NCBI GenBank assembly: GCA_023245755.1
Contig: JAHFJQ010000001.1
Span: forward strand, 1-36,017
Direction: 5' to 3'
Source of the DNA: an archaeon
GTDB taxonomy: Archaea; Nanobdellota; Nanobdellia; SCGC-AAA011-G17; GW2011-AR17
Length of the DNA: 36,017 nucleotides
The notes under the pieces are model-generated. The model saw only the letters and a list, made by a program, of their open reading frames with translations, had not been told where the DNA came from and made no database searches. Positions 1-8,378 of this stretch are shown here, piece by piece. Position 1 is the first letter of the stretch. Each line of letters starts with the position of its first letter. The translations under genes were made by a program, and so were the position numbers.

Positions 1-887
1 GGAATGGACTCTATAACAGTTTGTGGAAAACCATAAGCACGAATAATTTCTGTTGCACGTTGTGCACCAAGATCAGCATCTCCACCACCAATCAAACGAA
101 GAATTTTATTCGTACTCGGATTAGAACTCCTATTAATCATAGCTTCAAGAGTATCTTGTTGATCAAAAGGAAGTTTTCCTGCTTCCACTTCATGGAAATA
201 GGCAATCATAATAGGGATCTTATTTGAAGAAGCAACCATTTGTAATCGGTCACAATTAAAATCAACAAGAGCTTCCCCAGTAGTCAAATCTGTTGCACAA
301 ATTGCCCAATCTTCTAATCCTCGAGGACGAGAATACATTTGGCCAGGAACATCAGGGTGAGGAGTAATTCTCCATCGATCATGTTGCGCTTGAAGAGCAT
401 CTTCTAATTTTTGATCTCCGATATCTCCGGGTTGAGGAGGCTGTGGAGGTTGAGGCGGTTCTGGAGGAAGAGGATTTGTATGAAGATGAAGAACAGTAGC
501 AACATCATCTGTAATTTTTTCCAAAGCTGCAGTACTTGAATTTCGAATAGAATCATTTGCTAAACCAAATGCGAAAGCAGCACCAAGCAAGAGAGTTTTT
601 CCATGGGGTCGTAAAGTAACACCTTCAGTTTCATATCTATCAAAAAGAGAACGGACATAATTCACAGCACCATTGCGAACAGTAGGAACAAGAACACCAG
701 CATTGAAAGCAAGCAGCCCAGAATAAAGCAAAGCATTTTCAGTCCCTTGAGAAAGATTCCAAAGCTCATCAGCACGTTCAACACCAGGATGCATAGCAGC
801 TGCTGCACCAATATTTGCTAGCACATAGGGACCTACAGCGTTCCCCACTCTTTGTATTCTTTCTAAAACCGGTTTAAAATTCACCAT
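1..887 (-). CDS. Serine hydrolase with class A beta-lactamase/DD-peptidase-like C-terminal domain (partial; runs off window start; not in supplied ORF track)
   Basis: Hand translation of the minus strand from ATG 887..885 has no in-frame stop down to base 3. The N-terminal ~130 aa contain weakly hydrophobic segments, followed by a Pro-rich linker PLPPEPPQPPQPPQPG. Then come MVASSNKIPIMIAYF (S-x-x-K) and MINRSSNPSTNKILRLIGGG (S-x-N, GG), typical of the beta-lactamase/transpeptidase fold. The ATG lies 2 nt after the stop of gene 890..1906, so the two look like an operon. Confidence 0.6.
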   Translation of the reverse strand, partial: MVNFKPVLERIQRVGNAVGPYVLANIGAAAAMHPGVERADELWNLSQGTENALLYSGLLAFNAGVLVPTVRNGAVNYVRSLFDRYETEGVTLRPHGKTLLLGAAFAFGLANDSIRNSSTAALEKITDDVATVLHLHTNPLPPEPPQPPQPPQPGDIGDQKLEDALQAQHDRWRITPHPDVPGQMYSRPRGLEDWAICATDLTTGEALVDFNCDRLQMVASSNKIPIMIAYFHEVEAGKLPFDQQDTLEAMINRSSNPSTNKILRLIGGGDADLGAQRATEIIRAYGFPQTVIESI

Positions 888-889
888 TT

Positions 890-1906
890 TTATTGTTGGA
901 TATATGCCTGTCCTCCAGTTTGGGAAGCAATCTGCTCTAAAACAGCAGGGCTATGTACACCAAGGCCAATAACGTTAATAGGAACATCCTTTCTATTTGC
1001 CAAAGCAATAATATCAGCAGGAGTTTTTCCACCATCTGTGTCATCCCCATCAGTAAGAACAGTCAAAGTTTGAGAACCACTCATAGAAGAAAGAACATCA
1101 AAAAGGGATCTATACAAAGGTGTTCCACCACCAGGAGATCTCTGGGAAAGAGGAGTAGCACAATTTTGTTTCGGGGACTCAAAAGTATAGACATCTGCAG
1201 CTGAAGGAAAAGAAAATTCTTGGACTTGTTTCCATTTTCCTCCCTCACCCATAGATCCAGATTGATCAATAAGATAGACATCTGCAGGGCTCACTTCTAA
1301 TGCTCGACTAACAAGTCCTCGATTAGGAACAATACGAACAACACGGTCTCTCTGCATTTTTACTCTATCATCCGTATCTTGGGAAGAATCTTTTTCTCCA
1401 TAACTCACAAAATCAACAGATCCACGAGTATAGCTTTGAAGAAAATCTGCAACCCCTTCAGCTCTATTCCTTCCCAATTGTTCATTATTTTGTTCTGAAC
1501 CACGGTAATCAGCACGACCTTCAATAATCAAAGAAGATCTGGAATCAAGAGTTCTTCCAAACTTTCTAAGATCATCAGTATCCTCACTCATAAGTTTCCA
1601 GCTATTAGTACTAAAGAAAATAGAAAGAACTCCATCGTGAATTTCATTAGGATAATGTCCTTGGACATGAGTAATATCTGCTGGTGTAAACGTTCTTTGA
1701 ACTGGAGCAGGAGCTTTTTTGCCTGTTTGAAAGCCATTAATTTTACAAATATAAGGCGATTGTGTTGCATCCACTGGAGCTGGAGCAGGAATTGGATGAG
1801 GCACAGGATAAGAACCACTACCCCCACTACCTACGGGTTCATCAGAGCATGCAACCAAAAGAGCGCTAAGCCCCCCAATAAGAGTTTGTTTCACAGCGTT
1901 GTTCAT
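890..1906 (-). CDS. Lipoprotein with OmpA-like (peptidoglycan-associating) domain fused to a vWA domain
   Basis: Signal peptide plus lipobox (GGLSALLVAC|SDE). OmpA_C-like core IIEGRADYRGSEQNNEQLGRNRAEGVADFL...RDRVVRIV. C-terminal vWA domain with MIDAS DQSGS...GGTPL...TDGDDTDG. GGAG Shine-Dalgarno 8 nt upstream of the ATG. Confidence 0.7.
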   Translation of the reverse strand: MNNAVKQTLIGGLSALLVACSDEPVGSGGSGSYPVPHPIPAPAPVDATQSPYICKINGFQTGKKAPAPVQRTFTPADITHVQGHYPNEIHDGVLSIFFSTNSWKLMSEDTDDLRKFGRTLDSRSSLIIEGRADYRGSEQNNEQLGRNRAEGVADFLQSYTRGSVDFVSYGEKDSSQDTDDRVKMQRDRVVRIVPNRGLVSRALEVSPADVYLIDQSGSMGEGGKWKQVQEFSFPSAADVYTFESPKQNCATPLSQRSPGGGTPLYRSLFDVLSSMSGSQTLTVLTDGDDTDGGKTPADIIALANRKDVPINVIGLGVHSPAVLEQIASQTGGQAYIQQ

Positions 1907-2033
1907 TTTGAGACTCCTTTTAAGTATTTTTATTATATATTTGTCAACTTCTCAGTTTATATACTTTTCGTTTAATTCGTCCTTTATAAGTGAATACAAA
2001 AGAGATTAAAACCTACCGGCCTTAGAAACAATA

Positions 2034-2453
2034 ATGAACAAGGAAGAGATGCTCTTAATTATAAATGACACTATTCTTAATTTCAAAAAGGACATCAAAA
2101 AGCCAGTAGTTCTCTTTATTGAAAAACAACGTTTCTCTAAATATCTTGATATGATGCAACTTGAAAAACACCTAGATAAAACTCCCTGTTTCGTTGCAGA
2201 GATGAAAGGGGGCAATATCCTCTATTTCTGCGAAGAAATCATCAACAAACTAACAAAAGAATTCCCCCAAGAAAAAACAAAACTTTTCCTACAAGCAATT
2301 ACACTCCACGAACTCCTACATATTAGAAACAGATTACATGTCTTCACTGGTGAAGAAGCAGTATTCTCCGAAAAACTAGTTGATAAAGAACTAAAAAGCT
2401 TCTATCCCAGACATCACAATCTCCTTCTAGCAATAACACAAAGCTTCTCGTAA
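2034..2453 (+). CDS. Hypothetical small protein with HExxH motif (possible zincin-like metallopeptidase)
   Basis: 139-aa ORF containing ITLHELLHIRN (HExxH). No other recognisable family signature. Confidence 0.4.
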   Translation: MNKEEMLLIINDTILNFKKDIKKPVVLFIEKQRFSKYLDMMQLEKHLDKTPCFVAEMKGGNILYFCEEIINKLTKEFPQEKTKLFLQAITLHELLHIRNRLHVFTGEEAVFSEKLVDKELKSFYPRHHNLLLAITQSFS

Positions 2454-2486
2454 AACTTATAAACCATAAAAGGATTTCTAGAAGAA

Positions 2487-3938
2487 ATGGCAGACAACTT
2501 AGGCATTACAGTAAAAAAAGAAAAAGATTTTTCTGAATGGTACACGCAAGTTATTCAAAAAGCAGAACTTGCAGATATACGATACAACGTAAAAGGATTT
2601 CTAGTATTTCAACCATGGTCTGTTCTTTCTATGGAAAAAATGTACAAATATCTGGAAAAAGTACTCCAAAAAAAAGGGCATAAACCATATTGGTACCCTA
2701 CACTCATACCAGAAAGAAATTTTAAACTCGAATCTAGCCACATTGCAGGTTTCACTCCAGAAGTTTTTTGGGTAACAAGCCATGGAGATAATCAACCTAT
2801 AGAAGAAAAACTTGCACTAAGGCCAACATCCGAAACCGCATTCTATCAAATGTTTTCCTATTGGATCCGCTCCTATAGAGACCTGCCTTTCAAAACATAT
2901 CAAAGAGCGCAAGTTTTTCGCTATGAAACAAAAGCAACAAGACCATTTTTACGTTCCAGAGAATTTCACTGGGTAGAAACACACTGTGCACATGCAACAA
3001 AAGAGGATGCAATGAAGCAAGTGTATGAAGATATGAACACAACAAAAGAAGTCCTTCATGACATTTACGGTCTTCCCTTTATGTTTTTTGAACGACCAGA
3101 GTGGGATAAATTTCCTGGTGCAGAAAGAACTTTTGCTGCAGACGTTTTAAATCCAGATGGAAAAGTCATTCAACAACCTTCAACACATCTACTCAAACAG
3201 AGTTTTGCAAAGGCATTTAATGTAACATACAAAGATAAAGAAGAAAAGGATCAATTTGTATGGATCACCTGTTATGGGCCAGCAATCTCCAGAATATTTG
3301 CAAGCGTCATTATCGTACATGGTGATGACAAAGGGCTACGCTTTCCCTGGAAAATTGCACCGGTAGAAATTGTTATAGCAGTAATAAAACCAAACGAAGA
3401 GCTTCTCAAAAAAGCAGAAAAAATCAAAGAGAAATTCCAAGAGCAAGATTTCTCTGTGGAAATAGATGCTACAGAAAGAACTTTTGGAGAAAAATGTTTC
3501 TTCTGGGAGCTAAAAGGAGTTCCAATACGAATAGAACTAGGTGAAAAAGAACTCAAGGAAAACAAATTAGGCCTATTTAGAAGAGACCTTTCAAAAAGAG
3601 AAAAAGTGGAAGAAAAAGACCTTGTAAAAGAAGTGAAAAATATTGCACAAGAATTTGATAAAAATCTTACAGAACAAGCAGATGCACTTTTTAATAATAA
3701 AATCAGCCCAGCAAAAGATAAAAAAAGTTTAAAGGCAGGGATTGAGTCTGGAAAAATTGTTAAAAGTGAGTTTTGCTCCGTAGCAAATGAAGGAAGAACT
3801 TGTGCAGAGTGGATAGAAAAAGAAACACAAGCCTTTGTACGGGGAACAAGACTTGACGAGACAGAAAAACCAAAAGGGAACTGCATCATCTGTGAAAAAA
3901 AGGCAACGGCATTAGTCTACATTGCGAGATCATACTAA
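2487..3938 (+). CDS. proS: Prolyl-tRNA synthetase, archaeal/eukaryotic type
   Basis: Class II aaRS motifs (FRYE...RPFLRSREF, GPAISRI), an anticodon-binding domain, and a C-terminal Zn-binding domain (CIICEKKA) ending in the conserved terminal Tyr (ARSY). Confidence 0.95.
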   Translation: MADNLGITVKKEKDFSEWYTQVIQKAELADIRYNVKGFLVFQPWSVLSMEKMYKYLEKVLQKKGHKPYWYPTLIPERNFKLESSHIAGFTPEVFWVTSHGDNQPIEEKLALRPTSETAFYQMFSYWIRSYRDLPFKTYQRAQVFRYETKATRPFLRSREFHWVETHCAHATKEDAMKQVYEDMNTTKEVLHDIYGLPFMFFERPEWDKFPGAERTFAADVLNPDGKVIQQPSTHLLKQSFAKAFNVTYKDKEEKDQFVWITCYGPAISRIFASVIIVHGDDKGLRFPWKIAPVEIVIAVIKPNEELLKKAEKIKEKFQEQDFSVEIDATERTFGEKCFFWELKGVPIRIELGEKELKENKLGLFRRDLSKREKVEEKDLVKEVKNIAQEFDKNLTEQADALFNNKISPAKDKKSLKAGIESGKIVKSEFCSVANEGRTCAEWIEKETQAFVRGTRLDETEKPKGNCIICEKKATALVYIARSY

Positions 3939-4150
3939 TGAACGACACAGAAAAACTTGAGCAAGTAAAACAAATTCTTCAACAATCTATAGAAAAACAA
4001 GGTCATGAACGTTGCTGGTACCATCCAGACCTTTTTCAGAAATTGATAGATCTTCTCGAAATCAAAACTGCAAAAAATCCTTGTCTACCTCCAAGAAAGG
4101 AATTTGAACAAGGCTGCAAAAGATATCAAGAAGAACAATATAAAGACTAA
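3938..4150 (+). CDS. Hypothetical small Cys-containing protein, translationally coupled to proS
   Basis: 70-aa ORF whose ATG overlaps the proS stop (TAATG). Three Cys and two His; no family recognised. Confidence 0.4.
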   Translation: MNDTEKLEQVKQILQQSIEKQGHERCWYHPDLFQKLIDLLEIKTAKNPCLPPRKEFEQGCKRYQEEQYKD

Positions 4151-5244
4151 ATAATAGTATCAAGAATAGAACCAAATCCTATAGGATGAAGGATAGGTTT
4201 ATGCATTTTACCGGGGAAATCTGTAACAACTTTCTCACATAAAATAATAGCATACGCATAGACGCAAGCATGACCAAAGAGACCCCCAAATGCAAGTCTA
4301 ATATTAGCCCTTTCTTTATTCACTTTTAAAACTATTTCATCTGCAAAGGCTTCAAGGCAATACTCCTGAAAAGGAGCTGAATGTATCAGATCAATACTAC
4401 CTTGCTCTTTTTCTACTTGTTTTTGAACAAACTGCATAAAACTATATGCTCCTACTTTTTGAAGAGCACCTTGTATTTCTGGATCATGGACTGGAATATC
4501 ATCAAAAAAGAATACTGGTTTTTTTCTACTGGAATATCCATGAATAAGAACAAGCAGATTATCTTTATAATGTATATTAATAGGCTCACCTCCTGTAGGA
4601 TGAACAATAACTAAAGCATCAAAGAGATAATCTGAATCTTTTACAATCCCATATTCTTGACTAAAAAGATCTACTTGATGTGCAAGTTCAACAACATCTA
4701 CCTCAAGCAAATGTATTTCTGCTATAATCCTAGAAAGAAGGTCAATAAGCTTTTGAAAAAAGAGCTTGACTTTTTCCTCGCAACGTAAAAACAGAGCTTG
4801 TTCAGGAGCAGTCAAAGAGCTATGTCCACCTTGGCGTAATCTTCCAAGCAAGGATTGCTGCGTATCTAAAGTTTCAGAAAGCTCAGTAAGAAGTGGAAAA
4901 AGGAGAGGAATATCCCGATCTAATATCCCAAGATCAGTCTTAGCTTTAAAATCACCATTTACAGAAGGAACAAAGAAACTATGTTCACGAAGTAAAATCA
5001 AAAGTTTAGAACGAGAAAGATTTTGTGTAGATTGTAAGTAATCTATGCCAAAACCACTAAGAGCAGTAAGAAGACGGCCATTAAGTTCATAAAAATCTCC
5101 AATAGAATCTAAATTCATGCGAAGGTGTATACGGTTTCTCTGAATAAGTAAAGAAACAAAAATATTCAAAGTAGTTGTATCACTTTTTTCTATTCCTGCT
5201 ATATCTTTATCCGTAACAAAAAAAAGATCTTCAAGGGTAAACAT
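4147..5244 (-). CDS. Hypothetical protein
   Basis: Long uninterrupted 365-aa ORF with no recognisable motifs. Its stop codon overlaps the stop of the convergent gene 3938..4150. Confidence 0.55.
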   Translation of the reverse strand: MFTLEDLFFVTDKDIAGIEKSDTTTLNIFVSLLIQRNRIHLRMNLDSIGDFYELNGRLLTALSGFGIDYLQSTQNLSRSKLLILLREHSFFVPSVNGDFKAKTDLGILDRDIPLLFPLLTELSETLDTQQSLLGRLRQGGHSSLTAPEQALFLRCEEKVKLFFQKLIDLLSRIIAEIHLLEVDVVELAHQVDLFSQEYGIVKDSDYLFDALVIVHPTGGEPINIHYKDNLLVLIHGYSSRKKPVFFFDDIPVHDPEIQGALQKVGAYSFMQFVQKQVEKEQGSIDLIHSAPFQEYCLEAFADEIVLKVNKERANIRLAFGGLFGHACVYAYAIILCEKVVTDFPGKMHKPILHPIGFGSILDTII

Positions 5245-5435
5245 TTTGAATACACAGAGAACAGAAACTTATAAGCCTTGCTGGTAGAAAATAGAAAGAA
5301 GAAAGAAAAGATTAAACAAATTTGATCATGAGAGGAGAAATCAGTTCAGTATCCTCAACCCATATTCCAAGCTAAGAAGCCTAAATAAATAGTACCAACA
5401 AAACATTTAAATAGAATACTTCCTAGTAAAACTCC

Positions 5436-6284
5436 ATGGTGTTAGAATCCCTATTGGGAGTAAAAGAGGCAGAAAAAAGACCTTATTATGTATTTCTTCT
5501 AGGAATGCTTTACGCATCTGTTGCAGTCTTTCTTAGCTTATGGATTTTCAGAACAGAAGCAAGTCTTATTCTTGTATTTCTCATGGTACTTGCATCACTT
5601 CCTCTTATTTACAAAACAACAACCTTTGAAGCAAAAAAGAGTTACAATCTTACAGAAGACAAACTTCCAAGAGTACACATAGACGCCCTTAAAGTTTTCA
5701 TGTACCTCTTTATGGGTTTCACTGTTGCTATGGCTCTCTGGTACATCTTCCTTCCAACGGACATAGTCACAGATTTATTTTCTTCACAAATGTCAACAAT
5801 TAAAGCAATAAATGGAAATGTAGCAACAGGAAACGTAACATCCTGGACCTTTCTATCTACAATTTTACTCAACAATCTAAAGGTTCTCGTACTCTGTATG
5901 CTTTTCTCTTTTTTCTTTGGCGCAGGAGCTCTTTTTATTTTTGCATGGAATGCATCAGTCATAAGCACTGCAATGGGTAACTTTGTGAGAAACGGTATTG
6001 CAGAGTATGCTTCATCCATAGGTTTTACAAGAATAGGACTCTATTTCCAAGTGTTTTCTCTTGCTCTTCTCAGATACATGACACATGGAGTTTTTGAAAT
6101 TCTTGCATATCTCGTTGCAGGCTTTGCTGGAGGACTGATTTCTATTGCAATGATCAACAAACATTTTGAAGGAGACCATTTTAGAATCATTATCAAAGAT
6201 GCAGTAGATCTCATGATTTTAGCTGTGCTTCTTACCGTTATTGCTGGGCTCATTGAAGTCTTTATTACTCCTGCATTCTTCTAA
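5436..6284 (+). CDS. SpoIIM-like (DUF95) integral membrane protein
   Basis: Multi-pass membrane protein. NNLKVLVLCMLFSFFFGAGALFIFAWNASV and HGVFEILAYLVAGFAGGLIS resemble the stage II sporulation protein M family. Confidence 0.6.
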   Translation: MVLESLLGVKEAEKRPYYVFLLGMLYASVAVFLSLWIFRTEASLILVFLMVLASLPLIYKTTTFEAKKSYNLTEDKLPRVHIDALKVFMYLFMGFTVAMALWYIFLPTDIVTDLFSSQMSTIKAINGNVATGNVTSWTFLSTILLNNLKVLVLCMLFSFFFGAGALFIFAWNASVISTAMGNFVRNGIAEYASSIGFTRIGLYFQVFSLALLRYMTHGVFEILAYLVAGFAGGLISIAMINKHFEGDHFRIIIKDAVDLMILAVLLTVIAGLIEVFITPAFF

Positions 6285-6323
6285 TCCATAATTCTTATAA
6301 AAGCACATTTCTCAAGAAGAAAG

Positions 6324-8102
6324 ATGTGTGGGATTGTTGGATATTTCGGACCAAGAAATGGGGTGCCTATTGTTCTAGAAGGACTCAAACGACTTGAATA
6401 TCGGGGCTATGATTCTGCGGGTTTTGTAATACGAGAAGAGCAAGGATTAGATATTGTGAAAACAAAGGGAAAAATTCTCCAGCTCAAATCAATTGCAAAT
6501 GGAAGAACAGGAAATATTGTTGTAGGACAAACACGTTGGGCAACACACGGAGAGCCAAACTACGTAAACGCACACCCGCACCCTTCTATGGATGACTCCA
6601 TTGCAATTGTGCACAACGGAATCATAGAAAACCACTCCGATCTACGTAAAGAATTACAAGAAAAATATCATTTTACGTTTCGTTCACAAACAGATTCTGA
6701 AGTCATTGCACAGTTAATCCAGTTTTTTTACAAAGGAGATTTTGAAGAAGCATTCAGAAAAATGCTCACTAAGATTGAAGGTGCTTTTGGAATTGTTGCA
6801 GTACACAAAGACCACAAACAAATACTCTGCGCACGAAAGGGATCACCCCTAGTATTAGGAGTCAATGGAAAAGAAATCTTCATTGCAAGTGATCCAACCC
6901 CATTCTTAGAATATACAAAAGACGTTGTGTACCTAAATGAAAAGCAAATGGCAAGTATTACCGATCAAGGATATCAGATCAAAGACTTTAATGGATTAAA
7001 CATCCAAATAGAAATGGAGACCATTCCTTTCGGTATAGAAGCAATTCAAAAAGGAGGTTTCCAGCATTTCATGCTCAAAGAAATATACGAGCAAGCAGAA
7101 ACAATACAAAATTGTTTCAGAGGAAAGATTAAACATATCGATGCCATTGCAATCAAGAAAGAAAACATCAAAAGGATTATTTTTGTTGCATGTGGAACAA
7201 GTTACTTTGCTTCTCTAGTTGGGAAATATATTCTAGAAAGAACTTCACACATACCTGTAACAGTAGAACATGCATCAGAATTTCGCTATAGACAACCTAT
7301 GCTTTACAATACAGACTTAGTTATTGCAGTATCACAATCCGGAGAAACTGCAGATACTTTAGAAGCAATTCGTTTAAGTAAGAGAGTGGGATGTAATGTT
7401 GCAGGAATTGTGAATGTGACAGGCTCTTCTATTGCAAAGGAATGTGGCCAAGGAATTTATCTCCATGCTGGTCCAGAAATTGGAGTCGCATCAACAAAGG
7501 CATTTTCTTCACAAATTGTGGCATTTATTATGCTCAATCTCTACGTAAATCAAAATCCTTATTATCGTGCAGACCTAATAGAAGAATTAGAAAAACTCCC
7601 AGAGAAAGTAAAAGCATTCTTCACCATTCAAGATGTAAAATCAGTTGCAGAAAAGTACAAAGATGCAAGGTATTTTATGTTTATGGGACGGGACATTAAT
7701 TATCCTGTCGCAATGGAAGGAGCATTAAAACTCAAAGAAATCTCTTACATCCCAGCAGAAGGCTATCCCGCAGGAGAAATGAAACATGGCCCTATTGCTT
7801 TGATCGATGAACATACTCCTTCAGTATTCTTAATTACAAGGGATACAGTGTATGAAAAAGTAATTTCAAATATGGAAGAAGTAAAAAGCAGAAGAGGAAA
7901 GATTATTTGTATATGTAATGAAATAACCCCAGAAATTGAACACCTTAGTGATGACATCATTCTTATTCCTAAAGTGCGTTGGGAATTCACTCCTATTCTT
8001 AATGTCTTACCACTTCAATTACTTGCATATCACATTGCAAATGCAAATGGACGCGAAATAGACCAACCAAGAAACTTAGCAAAGGCTGTGACAGTAGAGT
8101 AA
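6324..8102 (+). CDS. glmS: Glutamine--fructose-6-phosphate aminotransferase (isomerizing)
   Basis: N-terminal MCGIVGY nucleophile Cys of Ntn amidotransferases, two SIS domains (GTSYFA, SQSGETADT), and canonical C-terminus LAKAVTVE. Confidence 0.95.
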   Translation: MCGIVGYFGPRNGVPIVLEGLKRLEYRGYDSAGFVIREEQGLDIVKTKGKILQLKSIANGRTGNIVVGQTRWATHGEPNYVNAHPHPSMDDSIAIVHNGIIENHSDLRKELQEKYHFTFRSQTDSEVIAQLIQFFYKGDFEEAFRKMLTKIEGAFGIVAVHKDHKQILCARKGSPLVLGVNGKEIFIASDPTPFLEYTKDVVYLNEKQMASITDQGYQIKDFNGLNIQIEMETIPFGIEAIQKGGFQHFMLKEIYEQAETIQNCFRGKIKHIDAIAIKKENIKRIIFVACGTSYFASLVGKYILERTSHIPVTVEHASEFRYRQPMLYNTDLVIAVSQSGETADTLEAIRLSKRVGCNVAGIVNVTGSSIAKECGQGIYLHAGPEIGVASTKAFSSQIVAFIMLNLYVNQNPYYRADLIEELEKLPEKVKAFFTIQDVKSVAEKYKDARYFMFMGRDINYPVAMEGALKLKEISYIPAEGYPAGEMKHGPIALIDEHTPSVFLITRDTVYEKVISNMEEVKSRRGKIICICNEITPEIEHLSDDIILIPKVRWEFTPILNVLPLQLLAYHIANANGREIDQPRNLAKAVTVE

Positions 8103-8103
8103 T

Positions 8104-8120
8104 TTCTGAAAATCTTTCAG
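8104..8120. repeat. Palindromic intergenic motif copy D (TTCTGAAAATCTTTCAG)
   Basis: Perfect inverted repeat CTGAAA-ATC-TTTCAG directly after the glmS stop, followed by CTTTTT. It lies 86 nt upstream of tRNA-Leu(CAA). Related copies at 14119, 22142 and 32285. Confidence 0.6.
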
Positions 8121-8151
8121 CTTTTTCGAAAATTCTCCAGTTTTTTCTAAT

Positions 8152-8165
8152 AAAGCTTTATGAAG
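8152..8165 (+). promoter_or_regulatory. BRE/TATA-like promoter of tRNA-Leu(CAA)
   Basis: AAAGCTTTATGAAG centred about 30 nt upstream of tRNA position 1 (8190). Confidence 0.5.
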
Positions 8166-8189
8166 AGAAATATCTAAGAATACTCTAGC

Positions 8190-8308
8190 GCTGGAGTATG
8201 CCTAACGGTAAGGCAGAAGTCTCAAAGCCCTTAATGTTGGGTCATTAAAGGCCGAGATAACTTCCAACTGTACCCACGGTCTTCTGGGTTCGACTCCCAG
8301 CTCCAGCG
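8190..8308 (+). tRNA. tRNA-Leu(CAA) with a 32-nt intron at canonical 37/38 position (8227..8258)
   Basis: Hand fold: acceptor GCUGGAG/CUCCAGC, U8, D arm with GG, and anticodon stem GAAGU/ACUUC interrupted after CUCAAA (anticodon CAA at 8223..8225). The intron forms its own hairpin (GCCCTTAATG/CATTAAAGGC). Long variable arm (ACUGU/ACGGU), T arm CUGGG-UUCGACU-CCCAG, discriminator G. No encoded CCA. Confidence 0.85.
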
Positions 8309-8378
8309 CATAAAAGCTTACAAGAATTTAAAGCTTCGCATAGAAGCATTTATAAATAAAATCAGAGGTGAAAAACAT

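Noticed and set aside
21-227. Plus-strand 68-aa ORF from the track
   Set aside because: It lies entirely inside the longer minus-strand ORF 1..887, which carries recognisable serine-hydrolase motifs. Its own sequence is low-complexity with no start context.
3272-3889. 205-aa antisense ORF inside proS, and similar antisense ORFs at 953..1204, 5642..6019, 9450..9782, 15394..15843, 23727..24291, 33460..33651 and 34573..35025
   Set aside because: All are embedded opposite or out of frame in genes with strong family signatures. Their products are Ser/Leu/Phe-rich, as expected from antisense AT-rich coding DNA.
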